A program made the position numbers and the translations under genes. A stretch of DNA of 64,000 bases, taken from positions 653,482-717,481 of the forward strand of contig CAYLJV010000001.1 of NCBI GenBank assembly GCA_964384105.1. Direction: 5' to 3'. Below, piece after piece: positions 19,604-28,726 of the stretch. Every line of letters begins with the position of its first letter. Position 1 is the first letter of the stretch. The DNA is from Candidatus Hadarchaeota archaeon (GTDB lineage Archaea > Hadarchaeota > Hadarchaeia > Hadarchaeales > JAGGTB01). The notes beneath the pieces are model-generated. The model was not told the origin of the DNA and made no database searches. It saw only the letters and a list, made by a program, of their open reading frames with translations.

Positions 19604-20965
19604 GTGATAACGATTAAATTTAGCGAAAGAGGATTAGCTACCATTAGCGTTGTTGTAATAGCAGTGATAGTTACAGCAGTAGTAGTTGGAGTAGGAACTT
19701 ACGCTCTAACTCCCAAAGACGGAGGAGCAGAAGGAGAAGTCAACAAATCAGACGTTCAGAATTATTTGCAGGGAGCATCAGAAACCGACGTTCGGGATAT
19801 AGCCCAAAATTCAATCCCACAAAGCATAATAGACGAACTAGCCACACCAACCGGAAACGGTGAAGAGCAGGTAACAATCGGGTGGATCTATGGAGGTCCG
19901 ATAGGGACAGAGGCTTGGACAACTGCTACTGATGATTCTAGAATTTGGATGGAAGAAACATACCCGTGGATCGAGACCGTGGTTAGGGAATCTGTAACAG
20001 TAGAAGATGTTGTAGATGTAGCAAAGAGTATGATCGAGGATAGAGGAGCGGATATTATCATGGTAAATTACGAATATGTGGGGCTTCCGCTGGTTGATAT
20101 TGCCGCGGACTACCCCGATGTCTATTTCATGCCGGAAATTGTTGGACAGTTTGAACCCCACGGTGGGATGACGGATGTACCAAATAATGTTGTAAGAGCT
20201 AATGGACGGGAATATCAATCTATATACCTTTCTGGTATGGTTGCAGGAGCATTAGCCACGAATAACAAGATCGGGTGTGTCGCTTCGATGCCGGCTTCTA
20301 TGAATTACAGACGGATAAACGCTTTCACCCTGGGAGCTAGACGTGTGAATCCACAGGCGGAGGTTCATATCATTTGGCTAGGTAGTTGGTGGGACCCATC
20401 AAAAGAAGGTGAAATAGCCAGAACTTTAGTGGAAGACCGTGACGTCTCCGTACTTTGGGAAACAACAGATTCCCAATCGCCCGTTAGGGTAGCTGCCGAA
20501 TATGATATACCATTCATAGGGAAGTCTTTGGACTACGTTCGCGCAGGATGGGCAACTGACGAAGAAGTAGCTGTATGTTACGAGCATAGATGGGAAATAG
20601 AGATAATGCAGATTGTGAAAGACCATCTGGCAGGTGGACCACCAAAGCCAGTTCGCTTCCCGGGCATGGACGAGACTCTATACACTCCTGATGGAGAATA
20701 TAGAAGTGTTGTAGATCTACGTCAGAATGATCGAGTGGGTGTAGAAGCTATTTCACCCCACTGGCGAGATGAAATCTCTCAAGATGTACTCAACGAGATC
20801 GAAGAAATGAGAGAAAAGATGATTAATGGAAATTGGGATCCATTCATGCAAGAGGTAGTAGATCGTAATGGAGATGTACAGAGTGCAGAAGGAGAGATGC
20901 CAACAGGGGAAGAGCTTCTTTCCATGGACTATTTTGTAGAAGGAGTCATAGGAGCCAAGGAATAA
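19604..20965 (+). CDS. BMP family (nucleoside/purine-type) solute-binding protein with class III-like signal peptide
   Basis: IGWIYGGPIG..AWT, YLSGMVAG, RRINAFTLGA..VNP, GSWWDP; N-terminal ERG|LATISVVVIAVIV. Confidence 0.88.
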   Translation: MITIKFSERGLATISVVVIAVIVTAVVVGVGTYALTPKDGGAEGEVNKSDVQNYLQGASETDVRDIAQNSIPQSIIDELATPTGNGEEQVTIGWIYGGPIGTEAWTTATDDSRIWMEETYPWIETVVRESVTVEDVVDVAKSMIEDRGADIIMVNYEYVGLPLVDIAADYPDVYFMPEIVGQFEPHGGMTDVPNNVVRANGREYQSIYLSGMVAGALATNNKIGCVASMPASMNYRRINAFTLGARRVNPQAEVHIIWLGSWWDPSKEGEIARTLVEDRDVSVLWETTDSQSPVRVAAEYDIPFIGKSLDYVRAGWATDEEVAVCYEHRWEIEIMQIVKDHLAGGPPKPVRFPGMDETLYTPDGEYRSVVDLRQNDRVGVEAISPHWRDEISQDVLNEIEEMREKMINGNWDPFMQEVVDRNGDVQSAEGEMPTGEELLSMDYFVEGVIGAKE

Positions 20966-21062
20966 ATAAAATATGTATTCCGGCTCTTTTTTCTTTTTTT
21001 TCACGTTTTTGAAAAATTGATTTAAGATTTTTTTATTTAGATAGATAGGCTTATTCATCAAA

Positions 21063-21656
21063 TTAGCCTAATTTTACAGTTTTTAGGTCAGAATATATTG
21101 GACCCTCTGGAGTTAGTTCACTTTTTTTGAGCTTTATTTCTTCGACTCTCGCTTTACCAAAAGAGGTCTCCGATTCTCGTTCTACAATTGAGCCCAGTTT
21201 ATCTTTCGCTTTCCCCGACTTAACTCTCGCTATTGTGAAATGAGGTATGAAGTCTTTGTCTTCGGAGGGGAAATTTATTTTCTTTAAACTCTGGTTTATT
21301 TTCTCTCTGAGTTGCTTCATTTTTTCCGAACCTTCAGAAACGCCGGCCCAGATAACTCTGATAAAACTGGGACTTGGGAATATTCCAAGCCCTTGAATTT
21401 CAATTTTAAATGGACCTAGTTTTTTAGTGTCTTCTAGTGCTTTTTTAACGTCTTCAAGTTTATCTTCAGAAATATTCCCCAGAAACCTTAATGTTGAGTG
21501 AATATTCTCAGGTTTAACAGTTTTCAAGTCCGCTCCGGTTCCTTCTAGTTCACTTTGAATAATTTTTAGAGATTTTTGGGCTTTTTCGCTTGACTCTATG
21601 GCGATGAATGATCTCGGCAAGTCTTGATCACCTTTCTGGCCAATTATTCTCATCAA
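21063..21656 (-). CDS. thpR: RNA 2',3'-cyclic phosphodiesterase (2H family; start probably TTG 21620)
   Basis: RSFIAIE, two 2H motifs HSTL and HFTI, SELTPEGPIY. Confidence 0.93.
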   Translation of the reverse strand: MMRIIGQKGDQDLPRSFIAIESSEKAQKSLKIIQSELEGTGADLKTVKPENIHSTLRFLGNISEDKLEDVKKALEDTKKLGPFKIEIQGLGIFPSPSFIRVIWAGVSEGSEKMKQLREKINQSLKKINFPSEDKDFIPHFTIARVKSGKAKDKLGSIVERESETSFGKARVEEIKLKKSELTPEGPIYSDLKTVKLG

Positions 21657-21682
21657 GGTTTATGAAATTTAGTCCAGATTGG

Positions 21683-22894
21683 TTAGATTATCTCGTTAAT
21701 CAGAGTATAGAGGTAAGTTGCAGAAGAGACGTCACCCGCACCGACTGTTGAAAAAAATTTTTCTGCTTTATAACAGGGGGTAGCAATTAGTCTATAATTC
21801 TCTGACTCGCTTTGATATCTATTTTTTATGTGGGTTATAGTCTCCCCTCCTTTTTTAGAATAGATCCGGTTTTTTTTCAGAGTTGAGATGTTCTCAAGGT
21901 TGGGATATTCTCCGTTTTCAACCTTGTAAAGGCCTGCTAAAGCGGCTTTATCTTGGGCTATTTTTATCAAATCCTTTTGAAATAAGGAAGTCAGAGTCAA
22001 TTGAAAATCAGAGGTATGTAACCAGATAGTTGAAAGGTTAGGGCTATTCTTTAAAATCACAACCATCGCTTGGATAATAGAGTTTGGGGTTTCTCCCATT
22101 GAACTCGCAATTTGGATAACCTCGTCTTCGTTGACGGACAATATATCAAAAAGAGCATATATCTTGCACAACCGTTCTCTTTCCACCTTATCCAAACCAC
22201 CCACTCCTCCAGCGTCTGTAAAGAGAAGTATGTTTTCCCGTTGTCGAATTTTCTTTATTGTTTGGATGGTAAGTTTGAGATCATCTTTAGTTAGCTCATT
22301 TCCAAAAAGTACTTGCCAACCTACGAGGCTTAAAGCATTTAACTTTCCAAATTTTTCTTTTGATCTTTTTATTGTATTCGGGAGATTTTTCAAGTATGTT
22401 CTGAGTTGGTTTATTCTTCGTCCTTTTCCTTCTGTGAGTATATATCTATTTTTGTTTTTGACCTGAATTATGTAGGATGCGGGAGCATATTTTTCAAATT
22501 TCACAGCCAATTCAAGGTTCGTATTTTTTAGAGTTTGTTTTTTTCTTTTGGATAGTTTTGATAACGATTTTGGGAAGATACCTCCTAAGAAGATAGTGTC
22601 GCAATCGAAATTTTCAAGTGTTGCAGCTTCCTGGGCTGCGTTTCCTCCAAGAGCATATTCTATTTTTGCTCCCTTATCCCGAGCTAACTTTAACAATTTC
22701 TTTGCTTCTTTCCTCTTCCCATCTATTGGTACCTCTCCACCCGCTCCTGCTGCTATTTTTTGATAGCTTTTTCTTAAGTGGGAAGAGAGCTCTCCGTCGT
22801 AATCTCTTGATAAAACTTCTAATTTTTTTAGTGTAGGAAATGTTATCAAAATATCAATTGTGGATTCTAGTCCTACAGCAATTCTTATTGTCAT
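21683..22894 (-). CDS. ADP-dependent glucokinase/phosphofructokinase family protein (divergent)
   Basis: LGGNAA, SVNEDE, LHT and C-terminal STVGAGDVSSA ribokinase-fold motif. Confidence 0.75.
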   Translation of the reverse strand: MTIRIAVGLESTIDILITFPTLKKLEVLSRDYDGELSSHLRKSYQKIAAGAGGEVPIDGKRKEAKKLLKLARDKGAKIEYALGGNAAQEAATLENFDCDTIFLGGIFPKSLSKLSKRKKQTLKNTNLELAVKFEKYAPASYIIQVKNKNRYILTEGKGRRINQLRTYLKNLPNTIKRSKEKFGKLNALSLVGWQVLFGNELTKDDLKLTIQTIKKIRQRENILLFTDAGGVGGLDKVERERLCKIYALFDILSVNEDEVIQIASSMGETPNSIIQAMVVILKNSPNLSTIWLHTSDFQLTLTSLFQKDLIKIAQDKAALAGLYKVENGEYPNLENISTLKKNRIYSKKGGETITHIKNRYQSESENYRLIATPCYKAEKFFSTVGAGDVSSATYLYTLINEII

Positions 22895-22908
22895 TAATAA
22901 TCCCGAAA

Positions 22909-23334
22909 TTAAAATTTCCAGAGTGATAGTCCTGTCGTGTCGTCTGGTTCCCTACTTAGTTTTGGACCTTTCAGCACTTGAATATGTATCTCAGCTGCGA
23001 AAACAGTACTTTCAGACAAGTGACCACCTTTAGCTTTTCCACTGTCATCAGAGACGACAGCATGAGAGTGTACGAATGTTTCTCCGTTTATCGAGGAGAT
23101 GTTCCCAACGCAACTTGCTATTTCACATGGGTTATCAACAGAGATTTCTTGGTATTTTTGCGTGTCTTGATTATAGAAACCGAGTCTTGCCCGCTTCAAA
23201 GCTCCTATTGCGGTAAACATACCAACTTTAATCTTCTCTTTTTTTGCAATGTTTTTGATAAATTCAACAAGATCTGCATCGTGCTCTGCTCTAGCGATAA
23301 TATATTTTCCAGGTTCGTATTCTGAGTAGTTCAA
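22909..23334 (-). CDS. PPC/DUF296 domain protein
   Basis: FTAIGAL, EIASCVGNIS, HSHAV, GGHL motifs. Confidence 0.92.
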   Translation of the reverse strand: MNYSEYEPGKYIIARAEHDADLVEFIKNIAKKEKIKVGMFTAIGALKRARLGFYNQDTQKYQEISVDNPCEIASCVGNISSINGETFVHSHAVVSDDSGKAKGGHLSESTVFAAEIHIQVLKGPKLSREPDDTTGLSLWKF

Positions 23335-23414
23335 TTATTATACACCAATTTAATTTGTTCAAGGTAGTTAAAATGTTAATCTATTATTTCTTTGAAGGAA
23401 TAGGTTCTAAGATT

Positions 23415-24440
23415 TTATAGATCCCAATATGGTCCTAATGCTTTTTTAACGTCTTTGAAGAAAGGGGTGGGAGTTCCTTCGGGTATATCATCTACTTTTT
23501 CCCCAGTCATGGCTTTTGCTATTTCCAAAATGGAATCAGAGGAAGCTTCGATTGAATATCCCCCCTCTAAGGTGAAAATAATCTTGTCCCCACATAATTT
23601 TTTTGCTTGCTCGATTGATCGTTTAGACAGCCAACCGAAAGCGCTGGTTGATAATTCTATATTAGTAAGGGGGTCATTTTTGTGGGCATCTAATCCCACA
23701 GATACTAGAATCATATCTGGCTTAAACTGATTGCACAATGGAACAAAAAGTTCATTTAGTGCAGCAGCATAGTTCTCGTCCTTGCTTCCAGGGTTGAATG
23801 GTACATTTACGGTGTACCCCTCTCCCTCTTCAGAACCAATTTCCTTAGGGAATCCTGTACCCGGATAAAGTGTACGACCATTTTGGTGAAACGAGATATA
23901 AAGAACGCTGTTGGTAGAATAGAATATTTCCTGAGTTCCATTGCCATGGTGAGCATCAAAGTCGAAGATTAGTGCTTTATTTATTTGGTCCTTTTTTAGC
24001 AAACTCTCTGTGGCAATCGCTATATTGTTAAAATAGCAAAAACCGCCCCCACCGTTGCTTGTAGCATGGTGCCCCGGCGGTCTAACCAATGCGAATCCGT
24101 TTTCAAATTTCCCCTCAAACACGTCCATGGTAGTTTTTACGGTGCCGCCTGCGGCCAAGCTTGCTATTTCAAATGTGTTGCGATTTATGGGTGTATCAGA
24201 CGTTAGCAGTCCACCACCCTTTTCACTGATATCCTTAATTTTTTTGATATAGGATTTGGTGTGAGCTAATTCTAGATCTTGGATATTTGCGGCATAAGGT
24301 TCAGAAATTTCTAGTTTTTTTATAAAAGCAGAGTTTCTAATTCTCTTTATTGATTTTCCGACCCTTTCAGGTTTTTCGGGGTGGTTCGGTCCAGTGTCGT
24401 GTTCAAGATATTTTTCAGAATAGGTTATTTCAGATACCAT
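23415..24440 (-). CDS. Histone deacetylase family (class II-like) amidohydrolase
   Basis: HPEKPER, RPPGHHA, GFCYFNN, DFDAHHGNGTQ, GLDAH..DPL, LEGGY. Confidence 0.94.
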   Translation of the reverse strand: MVSEITYSEKYLEHDTGPNHPEKPERVGKSIKRIRNSAFIKKLEISEPYAANIQDLELAHTKSYIKKIKDISEKGGGLLTSDTPINRNTFEIASLAAGGTVKTTMDVFEGKFENGFALVRPPGHHATSNGGGGFCYFNNIAIATESLLKKDQINKALIFDFDAHHGNGTQEIFYSTNSVLYISFHQNGRTLYPGTGFPKEIGSEEGEGYTVNVPFNPGSKDENYAAALNELFVPLCNQFKPDMILVSVGLDAHKNDPLTNIELSTSAFGWLSKRSIEQAKKLCGDKIIFTLEGGYSIEASSDSILEIAKAMTGEKVDDIPEGTPTPFFKDVKKALGPYWDL

Positions 24441-24492
24441 AATGTATCATTTATCAATTGAGCATCAAGTTAAATAAATCGACTTACATTAA

Positions 24493-25167
24493 TCAATATT
24501 TTTCCGCAAGTTTAGCTTCTTTGATTTTCAAGTGTCCCCTGTCTTTCTCCCAAGTTCTTTCTATTTTTTGGGGCACTATTTTTTGTTTGAAGAAAGGGGT
24601 ATCGAGAGCTGTAGTTTCGTATTCTCCTCCTTCTCCAGCTATATGAATACCGAATTTTTTATGCAGTTTTTGAAGTTCATTGATCGTATTAGTGTCAAGT
24701 CTTCTCCCAAGCCAGTTGGAATTTAGACCTGCTGCGGATACAGAAGTTATGATTACTTCGAAACCTTCTTCGTTCAGATTTTTTAGGTGGCTGACCGGTT
24801 CCAGGTTCCAAATAGGGGATAATAATCTAAGATTGAGTTCTTCACAGATTTTTTCGAGTCTTTTTCTCTGATATTCAGAGGCTAGAGCCCCACTGATGAC
24901 TCCTTCTATCTGGAGTCCACTGAGTGTTTTTTTAAGATCCTCCAGTTCTTTTTCTTTTATCCCTTCAGTTTCTTTTCTAATTAGAGGTATATCCGCTGCT
25001 TCCGCCGATAACTCCATAATTCGGGGATTTGGTTTGTGGAACATCCAAGAATCTCTTCTCTTGGGAACTATCGAGACCATTTTATCTATTTTATGGTCCT
25101 CTTTCATTGCAGCCCATAGCGCATATGCGCTGTCTTTTCCTCCCGAGTACAAAGAAGCCAATTTCAT
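24493..25167 (-). CDS. Diphthine-ammonia ligase / PP-loop ATPase (Dph6 family)
   Basis: SGGKDS, SWMFH, GALASEYQ, GEGGEYET. Confidence 0.9.
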   Translation of the reverse strand: MKLASLYSGGKDSAYALWAAMKEDHKIDKMVSIVPKRRDSWMFHKPNPRIMELSAEAADIPLIRKETEGIKEKELEDLKKTLSGLQIEGVISGALASEYQRKRLEKICEELNLRLLSPIWNLEPVSHLKNLNEEGFEVIITSVSAAGLNSNWLGRRLDTNTINELQKLHKKFGIHIAGEGGEYETTALDTPFFKQKIVPQKIERTWEKDRGHLKIKEAKLAEKY

Positions 25168-25222
25168 GTTTATCTACAAGTAAGAATTAGAGTGAAAGTA
25201 TTAATTTTACTATCAGAATGTT

Positions 25223-26458
25223 CTATAGCCCTAGTATATTCATTAGTAATTCTTCTAATCCCGAAAAATATAGGATTATTGGAAACAGGAGGGCACCCAT
25301 ACAATGAGTTCTCTTTATATTCAGAGCGGCTGGTATTATTCCTATCGATGTAGCCACTCCTAGAATGATTATACCCCAGAGGTTAGCATAATAAAAGCTG
25401 AACCCTACTATGCTGGCCATAACTCCCAGACACATCCCTCTGTAGGGAATGTATCTAATCTTACGCGCTGCTATTTTTCCTAGTTTCAAATGGATCATTG
25501 CTGCTATACCCCCTACAAAAAGTGCAATTCCTATAAGGAATATTAGCTCATAGAGCCCTACTTCTATTATCTCATTAACCGCAACGGCTGCACCGCTTCT
25601 AGGTCGACCAATTGCATAAAGTGCTACGAATGAAAGGAGTGCCTTTGCTGTGTTAACACCACTTACCCCAACTAGGAAATTTTTTGGGCTTTCAGAGTTG
25701 GTAGCAGCCTGGGTTAAGACTGTTCCCTGAGCAGGTCCTATTCCTGGAAGCACTCCCGTTAAGAATCCGGCTGATGCTCCAGTAACTATTGGCTTAGCGT
25801 TTGGGATGATACTAATAGGCTCCTCGTTTACGCTTTGAACTGGCATTGTGTTCTCGTTGTTTAAGCTGACCAGTAGTATACTCATTCCAAAGAGTCCGCC
25901 GAGTAGAGGCATCAGTGATTCGTCTCCTCCAATTAGGTTGGAATTTAATACAATAAATCCGAGCAATCCGGATAGAGTAAATACGCCTAATGCCGCAAGT
26001 CTTTTTGTCCAGGTAGTTTCCAAAAGAATCATTATTATCACCACCGATAGTAACAGCCAGTGCATCTCTGGGTTTATAGACCTGTATACTGGTCCAATTA
26101 GTGGAGTTAGTGGTCCAATCAAAATGACACTGAATAATAATGCACCAAGAGAACCCAAAGCAGTTAGTTTTATAGCAGTGTATCCCTGTCCCTTCAGAAC
26201 CATCTTATGAGCTGGCAGGACGGACAAAGCTGTATCCTTGTTTGGAACTCCTAAAAATGTGGCGGGAATAAAATCTATAAAGGTATGAGTTAGCATCATT
26301 GCTACAATTAGTGATATAGCTTGGTGTGTGCTCAAAGTCGAACCAGCAACTAAGCCTACCAGGAGTGGGGTGATATTGTTTACGTGTACTCCGGGAATCA
26401 AACCAGTAAAAGTTCCCATTCCTATACCAAGTATAGAAAATCCAAAGTACTCGATCAT
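25223..26458 (-). CDS. TctA-like (tripartite tricarboxylate transporter permease family) membrane protein, archaeal type
   Basis: GTFTGLIPGVHVN, HTFIDFIP..FLGVP, SVLPAH, LPGIG; about 11-12 TM segments. Confidence 0.85.
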   Translation of the reverse strand: MIEYFGFSILGIGMGTFTGLIPGVHVNNITPLLVGLVAGSTLSTHQAISLIVAMMLTHTFIDFIPATFLGVPNKDTALSVLPAHKMVLKGQGYTAIKLTALGSLGALLFSVILIGPLTPLIGPVYRSINPEMHWLLLSVVIIMILLETTWTKRLAALGVFTLSGLLGFIVLNSNLIGGDESLMPLLGGLFGMSILLVSLNNENTMPVQSVNEEPISIIPNAKPIVTGASAGFLTGVLPGIGPAQGTVLTQAATNSESPKNFLVGVSGVNTAKALLSFVALYAIGRPRSGAAVAVNEIIEVGLYELIFLIGIALFVGGIAAMIHLKLGKIAARKIRYIPYRGMCLGVMASIVGFSFYYANLWGIIILGVATSIGIIPAALNIKRTHCMGALLFPIILYFSGLEELLMNILGL

Positions 26459-27109
26459 TTAAAGTGCCTCGAGCACTTTGAGGTTTCTCCTATTCCTGAC
26501 TTTGAGTATTGTACATGAGTCAGATAATTCGAGATTACCAGTGACTTGTATAAGGTCCCCAATATGCAAGTTCGGTGAATTAGACCCCTTACTTTTGTAC
26601 GATAATAAGACGGTCAGATTATTCTCTTTTTTCTCTAATCCTATTTTTATGGTGTTATTCGAGTTCTCTTTTTTCTCTGTTATTATTCCCTTGGTCTTTA
26701 CTATTTCACCCTCCTTTAGACTTAACCGTGAGACGGGGATTGGTGATACATGAATTATTTTAATACTTTCAGGAGAGTTAGGGATTATTTCTAACATATT
26801 TTCGTATTTTTCGACTTTTCCTTTGATTTTGATATTGTCTAGCAATTCTATTCGCTTTTTCAATTTAGTTCTTATTTTTGCGAAAATAGGAACAGATATT
26901 GTTTCTTCTGAGCCGTCTTTGACTTTCAAGAAAAGATGGTTGTCTTTGTGTTCGTAGATATCCACAATCTTTCCGGAAATCTTTGCTTCTAAACCGATAA
27001 ACTCATCCCCAATTTCGGAGATCGGTGTCAGGTCTGCATTCATGTTGACTGCACCACAATAGACAAAAATCACTCCAATTAGCGAGCAAGTGATACTTAG
27101 TTTTGTCAA
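26459..27109 (-). CDS. Membrane-anchored tandem OB-fold protein
   Basis: N-terminal hydrophobic segment, then OB-like repeats (ISGKIVD..HLFLKVKDGS..IKGKVEKYENMLEI; TKGII..GDLIQVTGNL). Confidence 0.72.
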   Translation of the reverse strand: MTKLSITCSLIGVIFVYCGAVNMNADLTPISEIGDEFIGLEAKISGKIVDIYEHKDNHLFLKVKDGSEETISVPIFAKIRTKLKKRIELLDNIKIKGKVEKYENMLEIIPNSPESIKIIHVSPIPVSRLSLKEGEIVKTKGIITEKKENSNNTIKIGLEKKENNLTVLLSYKSKGSNSPNLHIGDLIQVTGNLELSDSCTILKVRNRRNLKVLEAL

Positions 27110-27200
27110 GGACTTTACCAGAGCTACCCGACGCTAATTTAGTTTAAGGTCTTTTTTAAGTCCATAATTTTCTGAAGAAGGTTTAGATGGATCGATAGAT

Positions 27201-27821
27201 CTATTCTAAAAGCTCGGCAACTTTGTCTTCTGATAGCTCCTCAAATCCCTCAAAATCGATCTTTCCGACCATTATGTTATCGCCAGTAGCAGCATCTCTT
27301 TCTATTGCTTGTTTTATTGCTTGGGCGGCTAGTTTAAGCCCCTCTTTCTTTCCAATAAACTCTCTGTAGTTTTGTTCTAAAACTCCATAGGCCACTGAAG
27401 CTCCCGTTCCACCGCATGCAAATTTTTCCTCTTCAAGTTGCCCTCCAGCAGGGTCGATGAAGTAAAGTTTTGGTCCTTCATTTCCTACACCACCCATTAT
27501 TAATGATACGATATAGGGAAACATTCTTCGTGCATGGAAAATATTTGAGGTTAATCTAGCGAGACTTTTGGGTTGAATCTGCTTCCTTTTTCCGATTTTG
27601 TATAGATTAGACTCCGACTTTATCAGGTCTACCAGATTCTGTGCGTCTCCGGCTAATCCAGATATGGCAACTCCAATATTGTCTTGGATCTTGAAGATTT
27701 TACGTACTTTTTTACTTTGGACTAAGTATCTCGTGGTTGAACGAGTATCAGAAGCCAAAGCGATTCCATCCTCATATTTTAGTCCAACAGAAGTACCTTC
27801 AAAACCTTGCATTTTAACCAC
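27201..27821 (-). CDS. psmB: Proteasome beta subunit, apparently non-catalytic (start probably 27812)
   Basis: VGLKYEDGIALASD.R, KIFKI, GLAGDAQ, AYGVLE, ERDAATGD; position 1 is Gly rather than Thr. Confidence 0.92.
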   Translation of the reverse strand: MVKMQGFEGTSVGLKYEDGIALASDTRSTTRYLVQSKKVRKIFKIQDNIGVAISGLAGDAQNLVDLIKSESNLYKIGKRKQIQPKSLARLTSNIFHARRMFPYIVSLIMGGVGNEGPKLYFIDPAGGQLEEEKFACGGTGASVAYGVLEQNYREFIGKKEGLKLAAQAIKQAIERDAATGDNIMVGKIDFEGFEELSEDKVAELLE

Positions 27822-27872
27822 TTTTCTTTCTGTCTCTCTCTTATAAAACCTAACTATTATTTAAATCCGAGA

Positions 27873-28094
27873 TTACTTTTTTATTTCCTCATAAGCTGCT
27901 CTAATATGCTCTTTACTTACTGTTTTGACTCCTTCTTGTTCTGCTTTTCTAATAGCTTCTTCTGCTATCTTTTTCCCGAGGGATTCCGTTACCGCACCGA
28001 GTTCGATTGACGCGTCTTTTGAGACTCTTTCATTTCCAGCATTCCTCAAAATTTTATCCATTGATGAAATTGAAAATTCAGGCATATTTCCCAT
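27873..28094 (-). CDS. Archaeal histone, divergent variant
   Basis: Histone-fold pattern EFSISSMDKILRNAG.ERVSKDA ... EGVKTV...HIRAA. Confidence 0.85.
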   Translation of the reverse strand: MGNMPEFSISSMDKILRNAGNERVSKDASIELGAVTESLGKKIAEEAIRKAEQEGVKTVSKEHIRAAYEEIKK

Positions 28095-28130
28095 ATTATT
28101 AATGCTAAATCTAGGTTTAATAGATGACCC

Positions 28131-28547
28131 TTAATCTTTTGCTTTGTTTCTGATTTTCTTTGCGATTTCAGAGATTTCTTTTTTTGGTGGATTGTTTACA
28201 ACGGCATGGATTGGTTTTCCTTGATCTCCTTCAAATCTTGGAATTATGTTAACATGTAGATGGGGAATTTCCTGTCCTGCCGATTTTCCGTCATTTATTC
28301 CCACAGTAAAAGCATTGGGTTTGATGGAATTTTCGAGAATTTTTTCCACTTTTTTTACCACAATAAATACTTCTTCGACCAGACTATCATCTAATTCGGT
28401 TAGTCTTTCCACGTGTTCTTTAGGAATTACAAGACTGTGTCCAGGGGCCCTAGGATTTATATCAAGAAAAGACATTACTCGGTCTGTTTCATATATCTTT
28501 TCGCAATCAAGTTCTCCATTTGCTATTTTACAAAAAACGCAGTCCAT
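28131..28547 (-). CDS. HIT family nucleotide hydrolase
   Basis: DCVFCKI, FLDINP..PGHSLVIPK.H, AGQEIPHLHVNIIPR (last triad His is Asn). Confidence 0.93.
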   Translation of the reverse strand: MDCVFCKIANGELDCEKIYETDRVMSFLDINPRAPGHSLVIPKEHVERLTELDDSLVEEVFIVVKKVEKILENSIKPNAFTVGINDGKSAGQEIPHLHVNIIPRFEGDQGKPIHAVVNNPPKKEISEIAKKIRNKAKD

Positions 28548-28726
28548 TATTTTAACCTCTCTGGCTACTCATTTGAAATTTCTTTATAACTATTTAAGTG
28601 GTTTTCTACACCACTTTCGTTTGCTTTAGCTATTGTCTTTGCTTAATATTTGGATTTTCAAAATAATAATATTCATTTGATAATGGTAAATCTTAAACTC
28701 ATGTAGTCAATTTTAGCTACGGGACT

